From Aquificaceae bacterium (GTDB taxonomy: Bacteria > Aquificota > Aquificia > Aquificales > Aquificaceae), in NCBI GenBank assembly GCA_015492115.1, contig WGFS01000197.1, forward strand, positions 1-51,626: a stretch of 51,626 nucleotides of DNA, written 5' to 3'. A model generated the notes under the pieces. That model saw only the letters and a list, made by a program, of their open reading frames with translations. It searched no databases and was not told the DNA's origin. The position numbers and the translations under genes are program-made. This document shows, in pieces, positions 19,395 through 28,208 of this stretch; the stretch's first letter is position 1, and the number at the start of each line of letters is the position of its first letter.

Positions 19395-20006
19395 TCAGCT
19401 CTCCAGATAGTTGAGGATCATGTCTCTCACATCGTAAAGGCTGTACGCCATAAGGTCTATCCTTTCTATCTTCTCAGCCTTCTCCTCCTCACCCATAGAC
19501 CTCAGCCAGCGGGAGAAGTCGTTCACCGGCTCCCCGTGAACCAGCCTTGAGGTTACGAGATGGTAGAAGAGGGAGTGGATTCCCACCTTCTTGATCCCCT
19601 CCCTGAACTCCTCAAGGCTGTTAGCGACCGTGCCCGTGTCCACAACCTTCCTTATGGCACGTATGAAGTAAAAGGGTTTGCATAACCTCTCAAAGCCGTC
19701 CACACCGCTGTGGAGTATCTTCAGCATCTCAGCCCTTATATCCGCTATGCAGACGCATTCCATGAGGTCTATGGCGGAGAACTTCTCCGCGAGGACTGGG
19801 AAGCCGTTCTCAGCCAGCCAGTAAGCGAAGCTGTTTCCATAGTCTGTAGGAAGGAAGTGGTACTCAAAGAGGTTTCTGTAGAGGTGGTAGTATATGGTGT
19901 CGTCGTCCACCTCATGGAGAGCCCTCATGAAAGAAGCAACTGTGTTAACCCTCAAGCCCGTGTACTGGGCGGTCCACAACTCAGATTTGAAGACGAAGGT
20001 GGACAT
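19395..20006 (-). CDS. DUF5752/OrfY-like TreT partner protein
   Basis: Two internal repeats (IYYH...NSFAYW / LFYH...NDFSRW); directly upstream of treT. Confidence 0.8.
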   Translation of the reverse strand: MSTFVFKSELWTAQYTGLRVNTVASFMRALHEVDDDTIYYHLYRNLFEYHFLPTDYGNSFAYWLAENGFPVLAEKFSAIDLMECVCIADIRAEMLKILHSGVDGFERLCKPFYFIRAIRKVVDTGTVANSLEEFREGIKKVGIHSLFYHLVTSRLVHGEPVNDFSRWLRSMGEEEKAEKIERIDLMAYSLYDVRDMILNYLES

Positions 20007-20041
20007 ATAATAAATGTTAAACTGAAACGGGAGGACAGGTA

Positions 20042-20512
20042 ATGCTTAAAGAAGGAGATAAGGCACCCGACTTTTGCCTGAAGGGAATAGATGAGAGGGG
20101 AGAAGAAAAGGAGTTCTGCCTCAAGGATTTCAGAGGCGACAGGCTGATACTTTACTTCTACCCCAAGGACAACACTCCGGGGTGCACCGTGGAGGCGTGC
20201 GACTTCAGGGACAACCTGAACGTCCTGGTATCCAAGGGATATAAGGTCGTGGGCGTCAGTCCGGACAGTATAAACTCCCACAGGAAGTTCAAGGAGAAGT
20301 ACAACCTTAACTTCCCTCTGCTCAGCGACCCCGACAAGAAGGTTGCGGAAGCGTACGGTGCTTATGGGGAAAAGAAGATGTACGGAAAGGTTACCAAGGG
20401 CATAATAAGGTCAACCTTCCTCATAGACGAGGAGGGAAAGGTGGTAAAGGCATGGTACAACGTAAAGGCAAAAGGTCACGTGGAGAAGATACTGAAAGAG
20501 CTGGAAGGCTGA
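20042..20512 (+). CDS. bcp: Peroxiredoxin Bcp/PrxQ
   Basis: YFYPKDNTPGCTVEACDFRD, RSTFLID. Confidence 0.95.
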   Translation: MLKEGDKAPDFCLKGIDERGEEKEFCLKDFRGDRLILYFYPKDNTPGCTVEACDFRDNLNVLVSKGYKVVGVSPDSINSHRKFKEKYNLNFPLLSDPDKKVAEAYGAYGEKKMYGKVTKGIIRSTFLIDEEGKVVKAWYNVKAKGHVEKILKELEG

Positions 20513-21138
20513 GAAAAAAGGCTGAGAAGGTAATAGAGGAGCTTGGAAAGCTTTACCCCAATGCAAAGCTTGAGCTGGAGTACGACAACGCCTTTGAACT
20601 ACTTATAGAGGCTATCCTCGCAGCGCAGGAATCGGATAAGAAGGTCAATGAGCTGAGACCCAGATTGTTCAAAAAGTACAGAGGTCCTGAAGATATTGTT
20701 AAGGTTCCTCTGGAGGAGCTTGAGAAGGACATAAGCTCCATAAACTTCTACAGAAGAAAGGCAAAGCTAATAAAGAAGTGCTGTGAGGTCCTTGTAGAGG
20801 AGTTCGGCGGAAGGATACCCGAGAGCGTTGAAGATATGGTCAAACTTCCCGGTGTGGGTAGAAAGACAGCCAACATGGTTCTGGGAGGAGCCTTCGGTCT
20901 TCCCGCTATAATTGTTGACAGGCACGTCTTAAGGGTTTCCCAGAGGATAGGCTTTACGGACAAAAAGGATCCCGACAAGGTTGAGGAGGAACTCAGGAGG
21001 ATAGTCCCCGAGGACAAGTGGACTAAGTTTTCCTTTCTTTTGCTAAACCATGGGAAGAATATATGTACAGCGAGGGATCCAAAGTGCGGAGAGTGTCCGG
21101 TATGTGGGGTATGTGATTCGTGTAAGGTAAAGTTATAA
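20452..21138 (+). CDS. nth: Endonuclease III (start uncertain)
   Basis: HhH LPGVGRKTAN, VDRHV, C-terminal CTARDPKCGECPVCGVC Fe-S motif. Confidence 0.92.
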   Translation: MVQRKGKRSRGEDTERAGRLRKKAEKVIEELGKLYPNAKLELEYDNAFELLIEAILAAQESDKKVNELRPRLFKKYRGPEDIVKVPLEELEKDISSINFYRRKAKLIKKCCEVLVEEFGGRIPESVEDMVKLPGVGRKTANMVLGGAFGLPAIIVDRHVLRVSQRIGFTDKKDPDKVEEELRRIVPEDKWTKFSFLLLNHGKNICTARDPKCGECPVCGVCDSCKVKL

Positions 21139-21172
21139 TGTTCATGTCCGAAATAAGGGGACATAAGGGGAG

Positions 21173-22360
21173 ATGATAAAAAGAGTCCTTTTTAAAGACC
21201 TTGACGTAAATGTAATGAACATAAGCAAGGTTTACGACGAGGTGCGTCGCAAAGAGGTCACGGGCTTTCTCAGGATAGTATACTGGAGCAAGGACGACTA
21301 CCTGCTCTTCAACAGAGGCACACCCTACAAGGTAGTTACCTTCAAAGCGGACGGTAGCAGGAGCGTCTCAGACGCTGAGAAGTTCGTGGTGGAGAAGAAG
21401 GAGGGCACCGCTACCCTTGTAGAAACCACCATAGATGACCTCGTAGGTATAGTTGAGGACAGACACAGCCTGCTACACGATGGTTCACTCATATTCTTTC
21501 CCTATGGACTTCCCATACAGGAACCTGTGTCCATAAGCTTTTTGGACATAAACAAGGAGTTTCTATTGGCGCAGAGGAGTCACCTTGACGGCTACGTCGC
21601 ACTCTACACGGAGGAGAACCTATTCGGCATAGTTGTGTTTCAGGCTGGTTTCCCCGTAGCGGTGTTCGGCGGGGACGGTTCCTTCGGAGATAGCGCGGTA
21701 ACTTACATAAATGCCAACCTTATCCCTGCGAAGAGCTTTATGTCCATGTACACCCTTGAACCAGAGATACTCAGCTTCGTTTACTCAATGCACTCCGACA
21801 ACGTCAGGGAGATAGACGGAGAGTTCAAAACCTATGAAGAAGCTGAGAAGCTTGTTGTGGAAGAGAAAAAGAACGCCATCGTGGTGACCGATGGTGAAGG
21901 TATACACAGGTACGATATGTTCTTCAGAGGTCAGCATGTAGACAGGCTCGTCAAGGAGAAGGGAGTTTTCGTAAACGCTGGGGAGGAGAAGGAGAAGCTG
22001 GCTACCAAGGTTGAAAACCTGCCTGACAGAACCATAACCATCTACGATATCTCCCTGATAGAGAAGCCAAAGCCTCTGGAGGTTATCATAGAAGGTGTTG
22101 AAGAAGAGGTGGTTGTCTCCGACAACGAGGTGCCTCTGGATAAGGTCATGGAGATAAAGTCCGCCTTTATAAAGGAGATGGGACCGTTGGGGAAGCTCAT
22201 ATGGGAGAAGACCCTGAGTGAACTTGGCTTTAAAGAAAGCTCAATGAGCACAAACCACCTGAAGATAGTCGTTGAAAAGCTGAGAAGGGAGATCCCTGAG
22301 GAGGAGGCCACTAGAGAGTTCCTCAGACAGGTTGAAGATATATTGCCCGATATAATTTAG
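21173..22360 (+). CDS. Unknown cytoplasmic protein with three PATAN/DUF4388-like repeats and a C-terminal helical 'EMGP' domain; paralog of 24575..25702
   Basis: Repeats TGFLRI...FNRG, DGYVAL...FQAG, NAIVV...FFRG; GGGGAG RBS. Confidence 0.75.
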   Translation: MIKRVLFKDLDVNVMNISKVYDEVRRKEVTGFLRIVYWSKDDYLLFNRGTPYKVVTFKADGSRSVSDAEKFVVEKKEGTATLVETTIDDLVGIVEDRHSLLHDGSLIFFPYGLPIQEPVSISFLDINKEFLLAQRSHLDGYVALYTEENLFGIVVFQAGFPVAVFGGDGSFGDSAVTYINANLIPAKSFMSMYTLEPEILSFVYSMHSDNVREIDGEFKTYEEAEKLVVEEKKNAIVVTDGEGIHRYDMFFRGQHVDRLVKEKGVFVNAGEEKEKLATKVENLPDRTITIYDISLIEKPKPLEVIIEGVEEEVVVSDNEVPLDKVMEIKSAFIKEMGPLGKLIWEKTLSELGFKESSMSTNHLKIVVEKLRREIPEEEATREFLRQVEDILPDII

Positions 22361-22373
22361 CAGGAGGTTATAG

Positions 22374-23489
22374 ATGGTAGGCAGGTACTTTAAGAACGCT
22401 TCACTCATAGAGAAGTTCGTGGTTCCGAACATAGTTATACTGGTTGTCCTCATAGCGTCCGTAGCGGGTATAAGCTACTACCTTCTCCAACAGCAGTTGA
22501 AGAAGCAGGCGGAGGAGACACTAAACAATGGATACAAGCTCTTCCTTGAGCAGGTGAAGAACAGAGAGAACGCGGGGCTGTCGGTAGCCTACCTCGTCAG
22601 TCAGGACCCGGATGTAAAGAGGGCCTTCAGGCAGAAGAACAGAAAGCTACTCTACAAGTACGTTAAGGTCAGGGCTGACCTTGAGACGTTGACAGGCATA
22701 TACGATCTCAGATTGCACTTCCTGACACCCCTTGCGGTCTCCTTCTTCAGAACCTGGAATCCCGAGAGGTTCGGTATAGACGTATCAAAGTTCAGGAAGA
22801 TAATAGTCGCGGTTGCCCAGAGGAGGGCACCCCACAAGGGGATAGAGATAGGTCTGAAGAGGACGATAGTTACGGGCGCCTACCCTGTCATGGACGGCGA
22901 GGAGTACCTGGGTGCTGTTGAACTCATAACTCCCTTCAACCCGATACTTGACAACCTGAAGGAACTGACAGGTATGGACACCGTTGTCCTGATCAAGAAG
23001 AAGTCCGCCGCTCACTCAGAGTGGGCTTCCCGTGCTGAGAAGGTGGGTCCATACGTGCTCTACTACGAAACAAACCCGATACTTAGGAAGCTGATGCTGA
23101 AGGCGAAGGACTACCCGGAGAAGGTCCTGGTGGTTCAGAACTATGCGGTAGTTGCAAAACCCATATTTGACTTCTCAAGGAGGAACATAGGATTACTCCT
23201 GATAGGCTACGACCTCACACCGATAATAGACTCTTACAAACAGCTGGGTGTTTACATACTCATGTTCGTCTTTGTGGGGCTTATATTCAGCTTCTTTATA
23301 AGCTACATGATATTCAAGAAGTACGTTGAAGACCCGATAAATACCCTCATAGAGCACACGGAGAGGATAAGTATGGGGGATGTTGACCAGAAAGTTCCCG
23401 TTGAATCGCGGGACGAGATAGGCAGGCTTGCGGAAGCCTTTGAGAGGATGAGAATCAGCATAAAGAAGGTTATGGACCTTCTTAAGTGA
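22374..23489 (+). CDS. Membrane receptor: TM - dCache_3-like domain - TM - terminal HAMP, no output domain
   Basis: HFLTP..SFFRTWNPERFG..SKFR and GIEIG Cache motifs; ends DEIGRLAEAFERMRISIKKVMDLLK. Confidence 0.85.
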   Translation: MVGRYFKNASLIEKFVVPNIVILVVLIASVAGISYYLLQQQLKKQAEETLNNGYKLFLEQVKNRENAGLSVAYLVSQDPDVKRAFRQKNRKLLYKYVKVRADLETLTGIYDLRLHFLTPLAVSFFRTWNPERFGIDVSKFRKIIVAVAQRRAPHKGIEIGLKRTIVTGAYPVMDGEEYLGAVELITPFNPILDNLKELTGMDTVVLIKKKSAAHSEWASRAEKVGPYVLYYETNPILRKLMLKAKDYPEKVLVVQNYAVVAKPIFDFSRRNIGLLLIGYDLTPIIDSYKQLGVYILMFVFVGLIFSFFISYMIFKKYVEDPINTLIEHTERISMGDVDQKVPVESRDEIGRLAEAFERMRISIKKVMDLLK

Positions 23490-23492
23490 GGC

Positions 23493-23520
23493 TTGATGAT
23501 GAAAGGGATTGGTTTATCAT
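23493..23520 (+). promoter_or_regulatory. Possible internal promoter upstream of mglB
   Basis: TTGATG-16-TATCAT in the largest intergenic gap of the operon. Confidence 0.4.
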
Positions 23521-23538
23521 TTATTTCAGGAGGATACA

Positions 23539-24030
23539 ATGGAACTTGATATAGTCCAGTACGAGATAGATGAAGAGGTTGAGAAAAAACTCGTCAACGC
23601 TCTGAAAAACTTTGTGGCGAGAACCGACGCAGACCTCGTGATCCTCTCGGACGACGCTGGACGTATCATATCCTTCTTCGGCAAGAACCTTGATGAAACC
23701 CAGGCGGAGTTCCTGGCGAGCATAATAAGCGGTATCTTTGGCGCAGCCTTTGAGATGGCAAAGATGGTCTCAAAGGAAGACCTCCTTGACGCTATACAGT
23801 ACGAGAGCAAAAAACAGAACGTGGTGGTCAAGGCTGTGGGTGATAGATTTCTGGTGGGTGTGCTCTGTCCAAAGAGCGTCGCCCTTGGAACCGTGAGGCT
23901 CTTCCTGAAGGAGCTTGCGGACGAGTTAAACAAGATCTTCTCCTCCGTTAAGCCAAAACCGTCAAAACTGCTGAAGCTCTCCCCCGAAGCCATTGAAGAC
24001 AAACTCAACAAGATACTGGGGGCGACATGA
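23539..24030 (+). CDS. mglB: Roadblock/LC7 protein, MglB-like
   Basis: VILSDDAGRII, LASIISGIFGAA, LGTVRL; GGAGG RBS before ATG 23539; stop overlaps mglA start. Confidence 0.85.
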   Translation: MELDIVQYEIDEEVEKKLVNALKNFVARTDADLVILSDDAGRIISFFGKNLDETQAEFLASIISGIFGAAFEMAKMVSKEDLLDAIQYESKKQNVVVKAVGDRFLVGVLCPKSVALGTVRLFLKELADELNKIFSSVKPKPSKLLKLSPEAIEDKLNKILGAT

Positions 24031-24590
24031 AGCTAAAGGTAGTTTACTTTGGGGCGTCTCTTGCGGGGAAGAGCACCAACGTAAAGGTTCTCTACGACAT
24101 TCTCAGGGAGAAGGGGATCACCAAAGGTGACTACATATCTATGGAAACGGATGAGAACAGAACCCTCTTCGTTGAGATGTTCCTCAGCTCTATAAACCTT
24201 GAGGGGCAGGACATAGATATAAAGGTTCTCACCACGCCGGGACAGTTCAGACTGCACCCTCTCAGAAAGGTGATAATGAAGGGTGTTGATGGTCTGGTCT
24301 TCGTCGTGGACAGTTCCAGAGAGAGGGAGAATATAAACTTCCTCGTTCTGAGGGAGACCGCAGCGGTGTTAAAGGAGCAGGGTTTTGACCTGTACTCCCT
24401 TCCCGTTGTGGTTCAGTACAACAAGAGAGACCTGCCGGACGCTCTTCCCATAGATGAACTCCAGCCGGTGTGTAACCCCTGGGGGACGGAGTACGTGGAG
24501 GCGATAGCTACAGAAGGCAAGGGTGTTCTTGAAACCTTTCAGGCTATCGTAAAGAAGATACTTGTTGAAAAAGCATGCGCCAAGAAGTAA
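24027..24590 (+). CDS. mglA: MglA-family small GTPase
   Basis: KVVYFGASLAGKSTN (G1), RTLF (G2), TTPGQ (G3), VDGLVFVVDS, QYNKRDLP (G4). Confidence 0.92.
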   Translation: MKLKVVYFGASLAGKSTNVKVLYDILREKGITKGDYISMETDENRTLFVEMFLSSINLEGQDIDIKVLTTPGQFRLHPLRKVIMKGVDGLVFVVDSSRERENINFLVLRETAAVLKEQGFDLYSLPVVVQYNKRDLPDALPIDELQPVCNPWGTEYVEAIATEGKGVLETFQAIVKKILVEKACAKK

Positions 24591-25702
24591 AAGAAAAGAT
24601 AAACCTGGAGCTTGTCAATACGGAAGCACTGATAGAAGATCTCCGTAGAAAAAAGTTCACGGGCTTTGTAAAGATAACCACATGGGAGGGAGAAGACTAC
24701 ATCCCCTTCTACGAAGGAACCATACACAGGGTGTTTATAGTGAGCGATAGGGGAATAGAGGAGACCAACTACTCCCACTACGGATTTCCCCAGACTGGTA
24801 TGGTTGAGATAGTTGAGACCGATCCCGTAAGCATTATGAACGGTCTCAGGAGTGATTTCAGTCCTGAGAAGGATGGACCTCTCTGCATAGCGGGCTATGG
24901 TGAAGAGTTCCAGCCTACCTCACCAGCGATCCACATAGATGTGGAACAGTTCAACTCGCTCGCGAAGAAGAGCCACCTAAACGGCTACATACTCTTCCAC
25001 ACCCAGAGGGATCCGGTAGGCATGGTCGTGTTCTACAACGGAGATCCCGTAGGGATATTCGCCCCGGAAAGGATAGGCGAAAGGGCACTCCAGTACATAA
25101 AGCTCAATACAAAGGGAAGTTTTGTGAGCATTTTCCTGATAGACGCAGACCTCATACCCCTACTTCTCGCCATGGTTCGTCCTGAGATTCTTAAGGAGGG
25201 AGATATAACCGTGAAGGCTGAACTTGATGCGGTTAGGGACGATATAAAGAACAGAAAGATGAATGCCCTGCTCTATCTGGACGGAGGAAGGACTAACAGA
25301 TACTATCAGTTCTTCTACAGGGGGCAGGAGGTTAAGGGGCTACTCCAGAGACTCTTCAGTATAGAGGAGGTTCAGGAAGGTGAGGTGGACTTCCCCGGCA
25401 GGTTCAAACTGTATCCCCTTTACGTGGACACAAACCCGCGTCCTGTAAAGTTCAGCCTCAGTGTGTCCGACACCGTGATAGACAGGGTTCCTCCCCAGAG
25501 GCTCAATGAGATAAAGGAAGCGTTTACGGACGAGATGGGTCCTGTCGCAAAGATAGTCTGGAAGAAGCTCCTGGACGAGTTCGGCTGGGACGAGGAAACC
25601 CTCCCTGTTGGGAGGCTTGATGAGTTCATAGACAGGCTGGCAGAAGAAATACCCTATGATAATCATAGGGAAGCGTTTCTGAAGCGGGTCAGGAGGACTT
25701 AA
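24575..25702 (+). CDS. Unknown repeat protein, paralog of 21173..22360
   Basis: FTGFVKI...FYEG, LNGYILF...FYNG, NALLY...FYRG repeats; EAFTDEMGPVAKIVW C-domain. Confidence 0.75.
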   Translation: MRQEVKEKINLELVNTEALIEDLRRKKFTGFVKITTWEGEDYIPFYEGTIHRVFIVSDRGIEETNYSHYGFPQTGMVEIVETDPVSIMNGLRSDFSPEKDGPLCIAGYGEEFQPTSPAIHIDVEQFNSLAKKSHLNGYILFHTQRDPVGMVVFYNGDPVGIFAPERIGERALQYIKLNTKGSFVSIFLIDADLIPLLLAMVRPEILKEGDITVKAELDAVRDDIKNRKMNALLYLDGGRTNRYYQFFYRGQEVKGLLQRLFSIEEVQEGEVDFPGRFKLYPLYVDTNPRPVKFSLSVSDTVIDRVPPQRLNEIKEAFTDEMGPVAKIVWKKLLDEFGWDEETLPVGRLDEFIDRLAEEIPYDNHREAFLKRVRRT

Positions 25703-25704
25703 AG

Positions 25705-26598
25705 ATGAAAACACCCTTTAAGAGCATAAGGACTGAGATAACGGTGGTCATAGTTATAACCGGAATACTCATAGGTGTGGGTGTTGGACTCTTCATTTAC
25801 AGGGTCACCATAAACAAGGCGGTGGATTCTGCAAGGAGCAGGATAGAAACCGCTATGGCTTTTGTGAGAGCGTCAAGGAGCTACGTTCGTAAAACACTCA
25901 GACCAAAGATCTATGAGCTCCTGTCCGCTGGGTGTACAAACCAGGACTTCATACTTGAGGCACAGTCCTCCTCATTCTTCACAGCCTCAATATTCGGCAT
26001 GGTTAACAGGGAGATACCCGACATGGAGCTGAGGCAGGTTGCCATAAATCCTCTGAATCCGAGGGATGTGCCCAACGAGACCGAGATGTGGGTGATCGCA
26101 TACCTGAAATCAAAGAACCTGAAGGAGTACGAGGGCATAACCCTCCACAGAGGAAAGGAGTACTTCATAAAAGCCTTCGCTGTCATACCCAGGAAGGGAT
26201 GTCTCAGGTGCCACGGAAAGGTGGAGGACATGCCTCTCGCTGTCAGGCAGATATACAAGCCGAAGAAGGATTTGAACTGGCCTGTGGGAAAGGTAAACGG
26301 GGCTGTACTCGTCTATGTTCCCTTTGACAAGGTTATGGCTCAGGCTCGTATAGACGGTCTGACCAACGGTGGGCTTGTGGGTGGAGTGTTCATACTCATG
26401 TCGGGAATAATCCTTGTAATACTCAACTTCAGAGTGTTCAAGCCCATAGATGCCCTCAGGAGCAGGGCTGAGAGGATCAGTAAAGGAGAGGTGGAAGAGC
26501 CTATCCCCTACCAGTCCGAGAACGAGATAGGAAGGCTCGCAAGGGCAATAGAGAGGATGCGTGTGAGCTTGAAGAAGGTTATGGACATGATAGGTTGA
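25705..26598 (+). CDS. Membrane receptor: TM - Tll0287/DUF3365-like c-heme domain - TM - terminal HAMP, no output domain
   Basis: NPLNPRDVPNETE, CLRCH heme motif, WPVGKVNGA; ends NEIGRLARAIERMRVSLKKVMDMIG. Confidence 0.88.
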   Translation: MKTPFKSIRTEITVVIVITGILIGVGVGLFIYRVTINKAVDSARSRIETAMAFVRASRSYVRKTLRPKIYELLSAGCTNQDFILEAQSSSFFTASIFGMVNREIPDMELRQVAINPLNPRDVPNETEMWVIAYLKSKNLKEYEGITLHRGKEYFIKAFAVIPRKGCLRCHGKVEDMPLAVRQIYKPKKDLNWPVGKVNGAVLVYVPFDKVMAQARIDGLTNGGLVGGVFILMSGIILVILNFRVFKPIDALRSRAERISKGEVEEPIPYQSENEIGRLARAIERMRVSLKKVMDMIG

Positions 26599-26623
26599 CA
26601 ACCTTCTAAATGAGAATTATTAT
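26595..26623 (+). promoter_or_regulatory. Sigma70-type promoter of leuA
   Basis: TTGACA-17-TATTAT. Confidence 0.65.
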
Positions 26624-26641
26624 CAATTCCGGAGGTATAGG

Positions 26642-28207
26642 ATGGGCGACAAGGTTTACATATTTGACACCACGCTGAGAGATGGAGAACAGGCACCTGG
26701 CTTTTCTATGACAACGGAAGAGAAGCTCCAGATGGCTATGCAACTCGCCCGACTCGGTGTGGATGTTATAGAGGCTGGCTTTGCTATAGCTTCTCAGGGG
26801 GACTTTGAAGCTATAAACAGGATAGCAGGTGAGGTAAAGGGTCCTGTGATATGCTCCCTTGCAAGGGCACGTGAGGAGGACATAGAGATAGCAGCTAAGG
26901 CGATAGAGCCCGCAGAGAGGAAGAGGATACACACCTTCATAGCGACATCGGAGATACACATGAAGTACAAGCTGAAGATGGAACCGGAGCAGGTTCTGGA
27001 GAGGATCAGGCAGGCGGTATCCTACGCGAGGAAATTTACCGATGATGTTGAATTCTCCTGCGAGGATGCAACGAGAAGTGAGAGGGAGTTCCTATACAGG
27101 GCTATAGAGGAGGCTATAAGATCCGGTGCGACGGTCATAAACATACCGGATACGGTAGGGTACGCTGTACCCGAAGAGTTTGCAGAGCTTATAGAGGACA
27201 TACTAAACAACGTTCCGAACATAGACAGGGTTATACTCAGCGTCCACTGTCACGACGACCTCGGTCTTGCGGTGGCAAACTCCCTGACAGCGGTGAAGCA
27301 TGGTGTCAGGCAGGTTGAGTGCACAATAAACGGAATAGGTGAGAGAGCGGGGAACGCAGCCCTTGAGGAGATAGTTATGGCTCTCAGGGTCAGGAAGGAT
27401 TACTTCAATGGGCTTTACACCGAGGTGGATACAAAGGAGCTCTACAAGACCTCAAGACTGCTCTGCAGGATAACAGGGTCCTTCGTACCGCCCAACAAGG
27501 CTATAGTTGGGGACAACGCCTTTGCCCATGAGTCAGGCATACACCAGCACGGTGTACTGAGCCACAGGCTCACCTACGAGATAATGAATCCAGAGGACGT
27601 GGGATTTCCCACCAGCAGGCGGATAGTCCTCGGTAAACACTCTGGAAGGCACGCCCTGAAGCAGAAGCTTGAGGAGTATGGAATACAGTACACCGAAGAG
27701 GATCTGAACAGGATATACGAACAGTTGAAGGCACTTGCGGACAAGAAGAAGGAGGTCTACGATGAGGACATAGAGGCTCTGATATACCAGGAGTTCATGA
27801 AGCTTGAAGAGGAGGAGCCCATAAAGGTTGAGCACTTCCAGGTTCAGAGTGGCGACAACCTCATGCCCACAGCCACGGTCAAGCTGTACTTCAAAGGCGA
27901 AGAGAGAACCGCTACCTCAACAGGCAACGGACCCGTTGATGCGACCATAAGGGCTATTCAGAAAGCTCTTGGGATAAATACGAAGCTTCTGGATTACTCC
28001 ATAAAGGCTCTGACCCCAAATACGGACGCTCAGGCTGAGGCAAGGGTGGTGCTTGAACTGGATGGAGTGAAGGCTTCAGGAAGGGGGGTTGACACTGATA
28101 TAATAAAAGCCAGCGTGGACGCATTCGTTGACGCTGTGAACAGGGCTATAATGAGGAAAGAGTATATACTCCAGAAGTCTCAAATAAGAGAGGAAGGGAC
28201 TATATAA
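26642..28207 (+). CDS. leuA: 2-isopropylmalate synthase
   Basis: DTTLRDGEQ, HCHDDLG, GIGERAGN, HESGIHQ, GNGPVDA. Confidence 0.96.
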   Translation: MGDKVYIFDTTLRDGEQAPGFSMTTEEKLQMAMQLARLGVDVIEAGFAIASQGDFEAINRIAGEVKGPVICSLARAREEDIEIAAKAIEPAERKRIHTFIATSEIHMKYKLKMEPEQVLERIRQAVSYARKFTDDVEFSCEDATRSEREFLYRAIEEAIRSGATVINIPDTVGYAVPEEFAELIEDILNNVPNIDRVILSVHCHDDLGLAVANSLTAVKHGVRQVECTINGIGERAGNAALEEIVMALRVRKDYFNGLYTEVDTKELYKTSRLLCRITGSFVPPNKAIVGDNAFAHESGIHQHGVLSHRLTYEIMNPEDVGFPTSRRIVLGKHSGRHALKQKLEEYGIQYTEEDLNRIYEQLKALADKKKEVYDEDIEALIYQEFMKLEEEEPIKVEHFQVQSGDNLMPTATVKLYFKGEERTATSTGNGPVDATIRAIQKALGINTKLLDYSIKALTPNTDAQAEARVVLELDGVKASGRGVDTDIIKASVDAFVDAVNRAIMRKEYILQKSQIREEGTI

Positions 28208-28208
28208 A

